Assembly: GCA_964567045.1 (NCBI GenBank)
Contig: CAZMLE010000015.1
Coordinates: 225-64,224 of the forward strand
Source of the DNA: an uncultured Pirellulales bacterium
Lineage (GTDB): Bacteria > Planctomycetota > Phycisphaerae > Sedimentisphaerales > Anaerobacaceae
Direction: 5' to 3'
Length of the DNA: 64,000 nt
The position numbers were made by a program, and so were the translations under genes. This document shows positions 1-9,721 of this stretch, piece after piece (position 1 is the stretch's first letter; each line of letters starts with the position of its first letter). Under the pieces are notes generated by a model. The model saw only the letters and a program-made list of their open reading frames with translations, was not told where the DNA came from and ran no database searches.

Positions 1-43
1 AGCTGAACTTCTTGTGGTAATCTACTGGGACAAAAGTTTTCAT
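1..43 (-). CDS. 5' end of an unidentified gene running off the left edge (14 codons visible)
   Basis: Reverse strand reads AACGGAGGTGCACT ATG AAA ACT TTT GTC CCA GTA GAT TAC. A GGAGG Shine-Dalgarno sits 6 nt before the ATG at 43, and the frame is open to position 1. Confidence 0.35.
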   Translation of the reverse strand, partial: MKTFVPVDYHKKFS

Positions 44-119
44 AGTGCACCTCCGTTACTAAAATCTTGTTACTGTTGATTGGTAATGCCTAATACATTA
101 CCAATCGAGGTGCACTATG
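41..119 (-). promoter_or_regulatory. 5'-UTR inverted repeats able to sequester the SD and start codon of the edge gene
   Basis: Perfect 13-bp inverted repeat catagtgcacctc (41-53) / gaggtgcactatg (107-119). It encloses a perfect 10-bp hairpin attggtaatg (79-88) / cattaccaat (96-105). Confidence 0.35.
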
Positions 120-360
120 TATTAATGCTAACTCCTTACACCCTGAAGGTTACAACCAGCTTTCTGCTATTCTAAAGGGTGACGGAGTTGTAATCAAAAG
201 GTTTGTATCTGTATATTGACATTACCCATGCGAGCCTCACGGGCACAAACGATGTCATTCAGTCATCGCCGATTCGCCTGTTGCTAAACGAAACGGTTAT
301 TTCTTTGCCCCATGCTTGCGGAGGAGGGAGAGGATCCTCAGGTGGCCTATTGAAATCGCA

Positions 361-1115
361 TTATCGCAGGGCTGCTTGAATTGCCTGATGGTGGGACATG
401 TGGAATTCAGGGCATGAACGAGTCTTTGTACGGTGCGCGAATAGGTGCACCTTACGCCCTACGGTGAACCAGTAACGGTCGAAAGTGATTATTGCGCCAC
501 CCTTGTTCTCATAGAATACACCGTTACCATATCTGCCTGCGATCGTGAACCCATCCGGGGTGATGTTTCGGGCAATACGAAGCCCGACGGCGCTTCGCCG
601 AGGGCTGGCCGTGTGAACTTCTCGCCATACTTTGTGAAGCCGGGCACGAAACCGCCGTGGGAGAGGAAGAACTGTCCGTTCTCCACGCCCATGAAGCGGT
701 CGAGTCGATCTGCCCCGCGGCCAGCGCAGCGAGCTGTCTTGCCCGTCGGGTCGTGGCTGAAGCTGGCCGTGGTCAGTTCGACCCACTGGCCATGTAGTAA
801 GTCCAGGGTGGATCTTCGAGGCCGGCCATCTCGCAGTAGAACGCTTCGATCTTCGTGTCCTTGCCCACGGGATAGACAAGATGCACCGACGCGGCGTTGC
901 GACGAGGTTTGAGATTGAAATGCGCGTCCTGCATCGTGCAGGATCATTCCAGCCGGTGATGCCGGAGCGTGGGGAAATGCGTGCCCCATGCACGTCCGGG
1001 TCGAGGTAGGCGGTGAAAGCGGGATACGCAATTCGGCAGCCGGCTTGGCGGTCACCAGGCCGACGAAGGCCGCAACCGCCAGCATGAAAGCGAAGGAGTG
1101 ATTTTGCCGTTTCAT
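361..1115 (-). pseudogene. Frameshift-riddled gene for a secreted protein (family not recognised)
   Basis: Signal-peptide-like start MKRQNHSFAFMLAVAAFVGLVTA (ATG at 1115). Protein-like translation then hops between all three reverse frames: NAASVHLVYPVGKDTKIEAFYCEMAGLEDPPWTYYMASGS then stop; ELTTASFSHDPTGK..DRFMGVENGQFFLSHGGFVPGFTKYGEKF; ITPDGFTIAGRYGNGVFYENKGGAIITFDRYWF. The three long overlapping track ORFs reflect this. Confidence 0.5.
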
Positions 1116-1606
1116 ATTCTTCCTAAAAAACATTCTGGAGGTTGTTATCCTGTCGCGTGACGTGATGGGTACAACCACAATCACGACTCGTGCATATCCA
1201 AACATGATACCATACTACCAGCCATCCACCGACGCATCAAGCGAACCGCAAACCAGAGCACGAACCAAACCGCAAGCCTATGTAAGGCATCGGTTGTCAT
1301 AGGTGTACATCTATAGCAAGAGAAGCGGATCCCGTAGCGCCGCGCTTGCGGAGAGGGAGAGGATTTGGCGGTGGCCTCTCACTGATGTATTAGCGGCGGC
1401 CGCCTGCCGGTGACGAGCGACGCGGCGGAGGGAGCTATGATGAGATTGTAACTACGGGCGGTTCATGACCACTATTACGCTGCCCATGTCAACTACATCG
1501 TATGTGTTGAGGCTGGCTCTGTGACATCATGCCGTGGTGGGAAGTCCACGTTCAGCCAAATCTCGATCGTATCTCAGCTGACGACACCTTTCCATCAACC
1601 ATTGCA

Positions 1607-2932
1607 CTAATTACTTACATTCAGTCCGATTTGTACGTTCCCTTTCGACTGATTGATGATCCGTTCGGAGCCCGTGAATATATTCTCAGCGATTATAGCA
1701 CGGCCAATGTCTTTGCCGAGTTGAATCTGCGGCCGATCCTGTCGGAATTCACATCCCCGAATTAGAACGGTGCCGCTTTGGGCCTGGATTGCCGCGCGAT
1801 TTCCGTCTTTGCCACCCCATTGGACAAACGTACAATCCCCGAAACCAACGGTTCCCGCCCCTGCAATCTTCGCTATCTGATTACACGGGCCCCAGAATGC
1901 ACAGTTCACAAAGCGGATACTTCCCGTATTGGTTTCCGCGATTTCAATCATCGTAGGATCCGGCCCATGAAAAGATACGAACTCACCATTGGTAATCAAC
2001 AGCCCGTACGGGGCACATTGTTCCGCGACAAGAGCTGTATAACAGTCATCGGCTCCGATGCCAAGAAAGTTGCCATTGCATACGCCTGCTTTACTTCTTA
2101 TAAACTTATAGCCAATTTTGTAACCGAAACAGAACGTATTATAAACATACTGCCAATCGGAACGACCAAAGATAAATGCTTCACCGTTTTCCATTTGCCA
2201 CTGGAACAACTTAGGTTTCGTGCTCCACCAGGGATTGAAGTGAACATTCTCAATTCGTCCAATGTCGTAGATGGCATCGACCATGATGCCTCGCCGGATC
2301 GGCTGACCCTGTACGTCACGGATCAAATGACGCTCGTTTTGTGTGGCGTCGATGCCGTTGTATGGATTGAGCATCTCCACCGCAAGAACAGCTGGGTTTT
2401 TGCCCCGCATGGCGATTGCCCAGGGATACGGTTTGGGCACGCTATCCACATTTTGTTGAGGATAGTATATCACCACGCCCTTCAGAGTACTGTTTGTGTT
2501 GAGGGTAATGAACGCGGGTCCCTCCTCGTTGCCTGCGCTTTCTGTCACTAGAAGCGTGGTGCCGTCGTCCGTAGGCTTGGGAAGTCCGCGATCCCTGATG
2601 CCGTTATGGGCGGGCACCGACTGCCACAGTCCCGCCAGCGTGACAGCCTTGGGAATGTTCAGATGGCCCGCAAAAAAATAGTTTCCGCGAGAAGCATAAA
2701 CAACCCCGCCTCCGGCTTCTCCCGCCGTATTCAAGGCCTTTTGAAACGCTGACGTGTCATCCGTTTTCTCATCCCCCACAGCGCCGAAATCACGCACATC
2801 CCAAAAATGCGAGCCCAAATCAGCCTGGGGCGACCTCTCGGCATGACCTCCTGCCGCATACAGCAACAATACGCCAAGAAAGATAATACAAGATTGTCTT
2901 AAGGTCCGTGCTTCAAAAAGATTACTACACAT
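1607..2932 (-). CDS. Secreted pectate-lyase-superfamily / GH28-GH55-like beta-helix glycosidase
   Basis: N-terminal signal anchor, then DVRDFGAVGDEKTDDTSAFQKAL..GGGVVY, the hallmark start of Pectate_lyase_3-type beta-helix proteins. Start moved to ATG 2932, which has AAGGTG 7 nt upstream. Confidence 0.7.
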   Translation of the reverse strand: MCSNLFEARTLRQSCIIFLGVLLLYAAGGHAERSPQADLGSHFWDVRDFGAVGDEKTDDTSAFQKALNTAGEAGGGVVYASRGNYFFAGHLNIPKAVTLAGLWQSVPAHNGIRDRGLPKPTDDGTTLLVTESAGNEEGPAFITLNTNSTLKGVVIYYPQQNVDSVPKPYPWAIAMRGKNPAVLAVEMLNPYNGIDATQNERHLIRDVQGQPIRRGIMVDAIYDIGRIENVHFNPWWSTKPKLFQWQMENGEAFIFGRSDWQYVYNTFCFGYKIGYKFIRSKAGVCNGNFLGIGADDCYTALVAEQCAPYGLLITNGEFVSFHGPDPTMIEIAETNTGSIRFVNCAFWGPCNQIAKIAGAGTVGFGDCTFVQWGGKDGNRAAIQAQSGTVLIRGCEFRQDRPQIQLGKDIGRAIIAENIFTGSERIINQSKGNVQIGLNVSN

Positions 2933-3461
2933 TCGTTTCACCTTTTCCCTTCGGTAAGAAAATGGAGAACTGCACACACAACGTTGTTAATTGTAGTTAA
3001 CAATGTTCTCCACGTCAAATGCGCAGCCGTTTGCACTCTTGCGTCTTGTGGGCGGAACAAGTCTCTCAGACAGAAGACAATCTGTTTCCGCCACCATCAC
3101 CCCGATATGGAACGACCGCTGGCGAGTCAAGGGGCTGGGCATGCGCATACGACACGCTAAAACTGGATTACAGAAAAAAGCACTTGACGCTATACATAGC
3201 AACGGCTGATGAACCCAACTATTATACCGAGCCCGCACCCTTTGGGCGAAAGCCCTAAACTGTAGAGTCACAAAAACGCAGACATACCGTTGGCGCCGAA
3301 GTACCTCATGGCGAGCCCAAGACGTATGCCGAGATCGACTACCACCGCGGCTGCCGTAACATAAGGGGGTCGATGTACCCGACACAACAAAGTCGTGCCT
3401 CCAACGCTGCCTGCTATAATCCTCGTGAGCGCATTCGATGTCGGTCCGAAGCACAATTGCA

Positions 3462-4760
3462 TCAGTGAAGCCTTTCGATCAAGCTCATGCACTTAGCCAA
3501 CTCATCCTTTGACACCTTCAACACACTCCTGGTGCACTCCGAGAGGAAGCGCTGGTGAAAGGCGCCATACAAGTCCTCGAAGATAGCTTGATTGACGTTT
3601 CTCCTTATTATGAACGTTGACCTCACCCCAGACCTGGGTTCAAACGCCATAGGTGTTAAGGTCATGAGACCCCTATCTAAGTCAGCCGACTTAGCATCCA
3701 TAGCTACAAGCGAAAGAGGAACCACATTGGTGACCCTGGTATCGAGTCCCATACCACTCATCTCATTCTGCCACAGTTGGTATCTTGGTATCGCCTGACA
3801 AAGATGTTTAATGAAGTTCATGCCAAATACGATCGCATAATGCAAGACGGCCGCCTCTGAGGTCGGATCGCACATGAGCATTTCCCCACTGCGCTTCCGG
3901 CCTTCTTTTAGCCAATTCCGCAACTCGTCTCTGTGATGCCCCTCTATTTCAGCCCCCTTTTTCAGCGCTTCAACCTCGTCCTCTACCAAGCGATATAGGT
4001 TTTGACCGGCTAGAAAGATAGATTCATTCGCGCGACCGCGCAATCCGTCCAAGTCATACGGCGTGCCGCTCACTCCATGCACAACCTCTACATATTGTTT
4101 CCCTGTTTCGGGCGGAGCTGGAATCGGGACGGTAGCCGCAATCTTTGTCACGGCCTCGTGGCGTTCCTCGAAATCTTTGTCTGTTTCAGCAAACCTCACG
4201 GTCGACAGTTTATACTTGTTTTCTTCCAATTGCTCTCGTTGACCAAAGAACTGGGCTCCTCGTTCCACACCGAAAAGTACCTGTGTTACCCGATATTGGT
4301 CGTCTAACTCTTGGCCGTCGACAAGTACCTGCACGTAGGTCTTCCCGGCATTTCTGATGTTAGACCAATATTTGGATAGAGAGATGTGTTCAAGCTTCCA
4401 TTGGAATGCATTGGCGATGGCTCTCCAGAGTTGACCACCCATACCAGACCACTGGGTGTTCTGGTTTCGACCGGTGTAGAAATCTTGGACAACTGCTATA
4501 GCACAAAAAACTCGAAATACGCGTGCCCCACCAATTTTAACTTCTTTGAAAATTACGTCTACATTATGGTCATCCATACCACGAATCCGATCATGTCCGC
4601 AACATCGCCAAAAACAATCTCTGTAATGGTGACTGTCTGGAGGACCTGGAACGCTTGAGAAACGAAGCAGCCGGAGGAATTCTTCCAAGAAGCTATCATT
4701 GATGCCGACGGTTTCAGGAAGATACTTATCCGGGGTGACACCGATCTCTCGACCCGGCAC
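3462..4760 (-). CDS. Hypothetical protein, 432 aa, no confidently recognised domain
   Basis: Long uninterrupted ORF with protein-like composition. The C-terminal half (IFLAGQNLYRLV..MLMCDP..TFIIRR) is only vaguely reminiscent of PLD-like/DUF5919 modules. Confidence 0.55.
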   Translation of the reverse strand: MPGREIGVTPDKYLPETVGINDSFLEEFLRLLRFSSVPGPPDSHHYRDCFWRCCGHDRIRGMDDHNVDVIFKEVKIGGARVFRVFCAIAVVQDFYTGRNQNTQWSGMGGQLWRAIANAFQWKLEHISLSKYWSNIRNAGKTYVQVLVDGQELDDQYRVTQVLFGVERGAQFFGQREQLEENKYKLSTVRFAETDKDFEERHEAVTKIAATVPIPAPPETGKQYVEVVHGVSGTPYDLDGLRGRANESIFLAGQNLYRLVEDEVEALKKGAEIEGHHRDELRNWLKEGRKRSGEMLMCDPTSEAAVLHYAIVFGMNFIKHLCQAIPRYQLWQNEMSGMGLDTRVTNVVPLSLVAMDAKSADLDRGLMTLTPMAFEPRSGVRSTFIIRRNVNQAIFEDLYGAFHQRFLSECTRSVLKVSKDELAKCMSLIERLH

Positions 4761-4817
4761 TTAGACCGTTGGGATGCCAGAGGGGCAAGGCTTATAAACC
4801 TTGAGCCATCTTTCTTC

Positions 4818-5090
4818 GTGCTGCTCAGCAAAGAACACCCTGATCTGAAAACCAGCGAATCGCTTTCGGCGGGTATGCGTAGTGAGCTCAGAAAGAGGTT
4901 GGACGATTATGGCATAAAGATGGTCAATTACTACGCACCTATCGACTCTAAGACAGAAGCCTTCCGCAGCATATTTGACTTTGCCAAGGAAATGGGTGTG
5001 AAAACACTCGTTGCCGAGCCGCCGGCGGTCAAGTTCGCATGGTTATACCAGGAATGGGATGCCTTAACTGCATCAGCGGTATTGATGTAG
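4818..5090 (+). pseudogene. Fragment of a sugar phosphate isomerase/epimerase (xylose-isomerase-like TIM barrel) gene
   Basis: YGIKMVNYYAPIDSKTEAFRSIFDFAKEMGVKTLVAEPP matches the middle of that family. The ORF is far too short and runs into unrelated sequence. Confidence 0.4.
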
Positions 5091-5995
5091 CCACCGCCCA
5101 ACAAGAAATGCTGCCAGAACCGGATAGGCAGGTAGCTCTCCAACTCGGCTACATTGCCGGCGCCGATGTGCCTGCACCGGCAGTGGCACCTTTGAATGGT
5201 GTTATTGCCAGCCTTGCCGTCACTGAGTTCATGGCATGGGCAACGGGCTTTAAGCCCCTACGCCGGTTCATTTTCTACGACTTTGTGAATGCAAGGGTCA
5301 CCCCCTACACATTCAAAATGGACCCGAGCTGCTTTACCTGTAGCGCAACAGGCTCATTGGCTGTTGGCGACAGTGGCTGCTTTCTCGGTTACGTCGACAT
5401 CGATGAAGAACAAAGGACACTGTACATTAGGACACTGGCACCAGTGAAAGTCCCCACAAGCAAGAGGCAAGAGGTAGCCGAGCTTCTGATGAGGGTCAAC
5501 CAACGCTTTCTACTTGGCAATTTCGACTTGAACATGGACAGCGGTGTCATAGCGTATAAGACAAGCGTCATGCTCGGCGACAGCAGCCTTCACGATGACA
5601 TCATTGAACATCTGCTCTATGCAAACTGGCGGGCTGTGGACAGATATTTCCCCTTTTCTGGTCTTATGACGCCCACGGTCATACCAGATGGCAATGGAGG
5701 TTTTGCTGCAGCTTCAGAACGCGAAAGCCTTGTAATATCAAGTGGTTCTATTGGCCAGTCCAATCTGTGGCGAGATTTCGGCGTGATTTGCAGACGGGCA
5801 AGGCTGGAGCGGTGGCCAAAGTGGTGTCATGTCCTGCGGAAGAACTGTGAGACAGACTGGGCCCAGAAGTTTCCGCAGTACGTTGTAAGCGCCTGGAGCG
5901 GGCACGGTATGGAAGTCTCCGCCAGGTACTACTTGCAGGTTCCGGAGCAGCCGTATCACGCAGTTGCTACGCCAGCTATTGAAGCAGATAGGTAA
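5039..5995 (+). pseudogene. Mosaic ORF reading through three unrelated gene remnants: ThiF/E1-like C-terminus, YbjN-like domain, tyrosine integrase C-terminus
   Basis: ThiF/E1-like tail: CLNCISG..APLNGVIASLAVTEFMAW..DPSCFTC. YbjN-like: VPTSKRQEVAELLMRVNQRFLLGNFDLNMDSGVIAYKTSV. Integrase tail: CHVLRKNCETDWAQKFPQYVVSAWSGHGMEVSARYYLQV (HxLR..GH..Y). Confidence 0.5.
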
Positions 5996-6155
5996 AACCT
6001 TCCGTCCTTCTTGTCAGCAAAAAGGAGCTTGCAATTTAGGTCGCTTTGATATATTCTGATTGTGTCGAAAAAAGGTGACAGAATGGTTGTGAACTGCCAC
6101 AAAACCGGTATTGTCGAAGTGCTACTTGCTGTAAGGCGTTAATAATAAGATACTT

Positions 6156-6227
6156 GCGGGCGTAATTCAGCGGCAGAATGTCAGCTTCCCAAGCTGGACG
6201 TCGTGGGTTCGAGTCCCATCGCCCGCT
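6156..6227 (+). tRNA. tRNA-Gly (anticodon CCC)
   Basis: Hand-folded cloverleaf: acceptor GCGGGCG/CGCCCGC, anticodon arm TCAGC-TTCCCAA-GCTGG, T arm GTGGG-TTCGAGT-CCCAT. 72 nt, no encoded CCA. Confidence 0.9.
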
Positions 6228-6386
6228 GTTTTGTAACCATAGTATGTATGAGTACTTGTCCGAATGGTGGTTCCTTAAGCAGCATGTCGTATCGTCCATT
6301 CAGGACGGGCGACTCTAAGAGCAGGGCAATATGTGCGCTGCCGTCTTACCACCCGAGGCTCATTTCTTCCAGGCGGATAGTCGTAC

Positions 6387-8021
6387 TTATCTGTTCTCGT
6401 CCACGGGCTTATGATATTTCTTCTCGCCCAGCGGCGACCACAGCCCGAAACTATCTTCGTGTACGTGGCATTTGCCCTGGCAGGTCCACTTCTGACCGTA
6501 ATTATAGCCGAACCACAGATACTCATCCCCGCCGCCATTCTCCGTTGTGATCACATAGCGAGCCGATACATTGCCGACCCCGAGAACCTTCTGGCCCGGC
6601 AGATTCGCATCAGCCTTGTTGGCGTCAAAGGGAATCCAACCGTACGGCGGCAGATAAACCTCGACCCATCGATGAAACACATTGTCGGGCCATCCGTCAT
6701 CGCCGCGTAGACTCACCGCCCCGACATACCGTACCGGCACGCCCGCCGCCCGGCATAGAGCAATCATACAATATGAATATTCTGAACATGACGCCGTTCC
6801 CCGCTTCAGGACCACGGGCGCCGGATTCCATCCTCCCACGGGCTTAAGATTGTAGCTAAGATGTTCTCCAAGATAATCCGTCACCCGCCTGGCCACCCAG
6901 TAAGGATTCTTCTGTCTGCCGGCAATCTTGTGCGCCAGCTCCTGGATATAAGGATCCTCAATGAGATACTTCTCTCCATCCTGCAGGTATTTATCTTTGA
7001 TTTCTTTAGGGATTTCGTCCACCATGCCAACCTTGTCGGGATAAATAAAGTACTCCGCTGCGTATATATTTGCTTTCACCCTCCATCCAGTTCGAATCAG
7101 ACTATAAGCCTGCCTATCAGTATAGCGGAAATGAGCCATTTTCTGGCCCCATTCGTCCTCGACTATTTCCGCCGGCTCCGAGTCAAATTCAATCGTGCCC
7201 AACAGCATCTGGTTGTCGCGATCCCTCGGCAGCGGAAGATAAATGTCCAGTGTTTTGATAGTGCCTGGCCCGTAGTTGCGAAACTCCTTGATAAAGTGCA
7301 GTGACATTGGGCGTTCGTCCCATCTGCTGAGGATATTGTCGTCGAAGACCTTTACCTTATATATCTGACGGTTTTCGTAATCGACGTTCCACAGAACTCC
7401 ATTTGCCCACGCTAGGCCATACGGCACCGGCCCGTAACTTCTCAGAGAGGAAAGACACAATCCGTCGGCGGGGTCAACAAGGTAAATCCGGTCTTCACCT
7501 CGATCCGCTACCCACAGATATTTACCGTCGAACGTTAGCCCCGTAGGCTCCTCCGCCGGAGACGGGAAAAACCGTGCCGCCCCACCATCGACCGGAGAGA
7601 CCATCATCAGAATGTCCTTCTTGTGATCTACTATCCACAAAAACCTGCCGTCCCAGCCGATGTCTCGGGGATCGGTTGTGCTTGATTCTACGACCTTCAC
7701 CACATTGCCGCTGTCTGTATCCAAGCGGTACAGCAGGTTTTCCCCTGAATCGATGTGCCACAGGCACTGGCCATCCCATGCCAGCCCTTCAGGGGCGTGG
7801 CCTGGCGTTTCAAAACTCTTTATCACCTGGCCCGTCTCGGAGTCTATCGCGTAGATTCTCTCGGTAAACGCATCCGCCAGCCACAGATTCTTTCCGTCGA
7901 ATGCCAGCCCTTTGGGGCAAGGCCCCGGCGTCTCTATGACCTTCAGTACATCACCCACCTTACCTGATGCTCCACAAGCCACTACCAATAGGACTATGAT
8001 ACACGTACTTAGTTTCTGCAT
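6387..8021 (-). CDS. Lipoprotein with N-terminal beta-propeller repeats and C-terminal transglutaminase-like cysteine protease domain
   Basis: Lipobox LLVVAC. Repeated GL(A/T)(F/W)DG..LW(V/I)AD propeller blades. Transglutaminase core GTASCSEYSY..HRWVEVYLPPYGWIPFD. GGGAGG SD before ATG 8021. Confidence 0.85.
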   Translation of the reverse strand: MQKLSTCIIVLLVVACGASGKVGDVLKVIETPGPCPKGLAFDGKNLWLADAFTERIYAIDSETGQVIKSFETPGHAPEGLAWDGQCLWHIDSGENLLYRLDTDSGNVVKVVESSTTDPRDIGWDGRFLWIVDHKKDILMMVSPVDGGAARFFPSPAEEPTGLTFDGKYLWVADRGEDRIYLVDPADGLCLSSLRSYGPVPYGLAWANGVLWNVDYENRQIYKVKVFDDNILSRWDERPMSLHFIKEFRNYGPGTIKTLDIYLPLPRDRDNQMLLGTIEFDSEPAEIVEDEWGQKMAHFRYTDRQAYSLIRTGWRVKANIYAAEYFIYPDKVGMVDEIPKEIKDKYLQDGEKYLIEDPYIQELAHKIAGRQKNPYWVARRVTDYLGEHLSYNLKPVGGWNPAPVVLKRGTASCSEYSYCMIALCRAAGVPVRYVGAVSLRGDDGWPDNVFHRWVEVYLPPYGWIPFDANKADANLPGQKVLGVGNVSARYVITTENGGGDEYLWFGYNYGQKWTCQGKCHVHEDSFGLWSPLGEKKYHKPVDENR

Positions 8022-8067
8022 ATCGGCCTCCCTAATCTTGAATACGCCAAGCGCTAATCGGGATCAA

Positions 8068-8340
8068 TTATAGGTTGTCAACCACGCAACGGAAGCCTAT
8101 CGTTGCGCAGCGGTCAAGTCCGTGCCACATCAGAATGAATTTTGCGGCAAAGTTGCACGCTGCCGAACCGGCGTCTGCATACCACTGGGAGCCTTCGGCC
8201 TTATAGAAGGAACCTCCACGAATGATGCAGAACCGTGTGCGGCCATCGCTTCGCTCGCTTTCGGTCCATTCCCAGACCCTGCCCCAAGAGTAGACGCGAT
8301 CGTCAAGCCGCTGGGCAGCGTACTGCCACTCCTGCTCCAT
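8068..8340 (-). pseudogene. C-terminal fragment of a formylglycine-generating-enzyme (SUMF1/FGE-sulfatase) family gene
   Basis: WEWTE..RGGSFY..GFRCV motifs of the family C-terminus. Only 90 codons, with no upstream continuation. Confidence 0.55.
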
Positions 8341-8399
8341 GGGCAGGCGTTTTCCCGCCCACAGCTAAGGCCAAAATAACGTGTGTTCTTTGCTTAGCC

Positions 8400-8900
8400 A
8401 GCATCATAATGACTCTAAATTTCGCTGTTTTGAGAAGCATTTGCATAAGCCTTTTCTGCAAAGAAGTTCGCGTTCGTTTTCAGCCCCCCGTGGAAATTGG
8501 GTTTGATTGGCTTTGTTTTCCTGGCCACTGAGGGTGGATTCATTTTCATAATCCTTTGTCAAGAATGGATTTGCGTTCATTTGGGCTTTTCGGAAATTGG
8601 CTTTGTTTTGCAAAATACACTCAAAATGGTCGTCGCCTTCTGCTCTGATTAGCCCGCTTTTGTCATTAACCGCGGATTACGCGGATGAACACGGATCGAA
8701 AGAATAAAGCCCAAAAAGCAGTGTAAATCGGTGTAAATCCGTGTCTGAAAGTACTTTCTGGAATTTGTATTAGCGTGCATTCGCGATTTGCTATTAACAA
8801 TGAACGATGAACTACCTTATATTGTGATTCTAATCCATTATTTAAGCACATATTATACCCAGAAAGGCCTTCGGCGTAAAGGAAAATCTTGGATTTACCC
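8400..8900. repeat. Non-coding repeat-rich stretch generating pseudo-ORFs
   Basis: Local direct repeat ggaaattgg..ctttgtttt at 8492-8519 and 8592-8609. The gattacgcggatgaacacggat and cgtgcattcgcgatttgc motifs translate to low-complexity peptides (KANF.., IRVIRG). Confidence 0.4.
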
Positions 8901-9281
8901 TGTGAGATACCGGCTGCGCCTATCTGACGGGGTGAAGATGGATGCCGGATAGGCGGCCGCTCGGCAGCACCTAGCACGTAGGGTGTGATACTCGTGCTTC
9001 GTAGCAAAGCTAACTTCGCAGAGTAGCATTTCGCACCGCTTTCGCTCCGGCGCGATAAATAACGCGTCTGCGCTCCAAGAATTCCCTCCTTCTGCCTTTC
9101 GCTTCAGCTCTTTGACCTTTTCGTTATCTTGCCCCTTATTCCAGTCGATAGAAGATAACGGCGGAATAACCAGATAGCGGCACCTTTGATGGGGGAACTG
9201 CTGAAACCGTGATATACGACGTATACGTTTGTATGCTGGAAGAAAATTGCTGGGGATTACACCACGCTATTTACTGGGGAG

Positions 9282-9641
9282 TTGATAATGGAGACACTAC
9301 TGCGAACTTTCAACTCAATTAAGAACTTCTCAGTCAGAGATGCTGAGAAGACTCACCCTAAGTTTGACAACATCTCCAAACTCACTCTGGAGATTGACAA
9401 GGATTCGGTTGTCCTGACCGGACCATTCCGGCCTCTCGGTAGGCCAGGTAAAGACCTCAACAGGCTCAAGTCTCTGTCTGAAAAGAACATTGATTTCATT
9501 CGCCTATTTGCTGAGTGGCTTGATGGACAATCTGCGAAACAGGCTCGCATCGAAATCTGGATGAAAAATGGCGATAAACCTATTCTTGTAAGGTGTGAAA
9601 GAATTGAGATCAATTGTGTCAAGGCAGCAACATCGTCCTAA
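9282..9641 (+). CDS. Hypothetical protein, 119 aa
   Basis: ORF only, with no recognisable motif. It lies immediately upstream of the REP copy at 9654. Confidence 0.4.
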   Translation: MIMETLLRTFNSIKNFSVRDAEKTHPKFDNISKLTLEIDKDSVVLTGPFRPLGRPGKDLNRLKSLSEKNIDFIRLFAEWLDGQSAKQARIEIWMKNGDKPILVRCERIEINCVKAATSS

Positions 9642-9653
9642 CGGTAGCTTTCT

Positions 9654-9692
9654 TATTGCCCACATGATTGGTGCGATTCATCGCACCCTACC
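9654..9692 (-). repeat. REP-type palindromic element, copy A of a 39-bp direct repeat
   Basis: tattgcccacatgattggtgcgattcatcgcaccctacc. Contains hairpin GGTGCGA-ttca-TCGCACC followed by CTAC (reverse of the GTAGGGT head). 36/39 identical to 11407-11445. Confidence 0.6.
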
Positions 9693-9721
9693 ACTGGCAC
9701 TTTTACAAAAGGGAAAATATT

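Noticed and set aside
361-1205. Three long overlapping track ORFs (361-993 minus, 445-912 plus, 489-1205 minus) taken as separate genes
   Set aside because: Protein-like sequence jumps between the three reverse frames. The plus-strand ORF is Arg/Pro/Ser-rich antisense noise from GC-rich DNA. Best explained as one frameshifted pseudogene.
6156-6227. tRNA-Gly as the attachment site of an intact integrative element
   Set aside because: The integrase is only a C-terminal remnant and lies on the 5' side of the tRNA. I found no duplicate of the tRNA 3' end in 3.0-6.4 kb. Only a decayed remnant can be claimed.
8404-9007. ORFs 8404-8613 and 8666-9007 as small proteins
   Set aside because: The translations are low-complexity read-outs of dispersed repeat DNA (KANF.., ..IRVIRG). 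There is no RBS and no protein-like composition.
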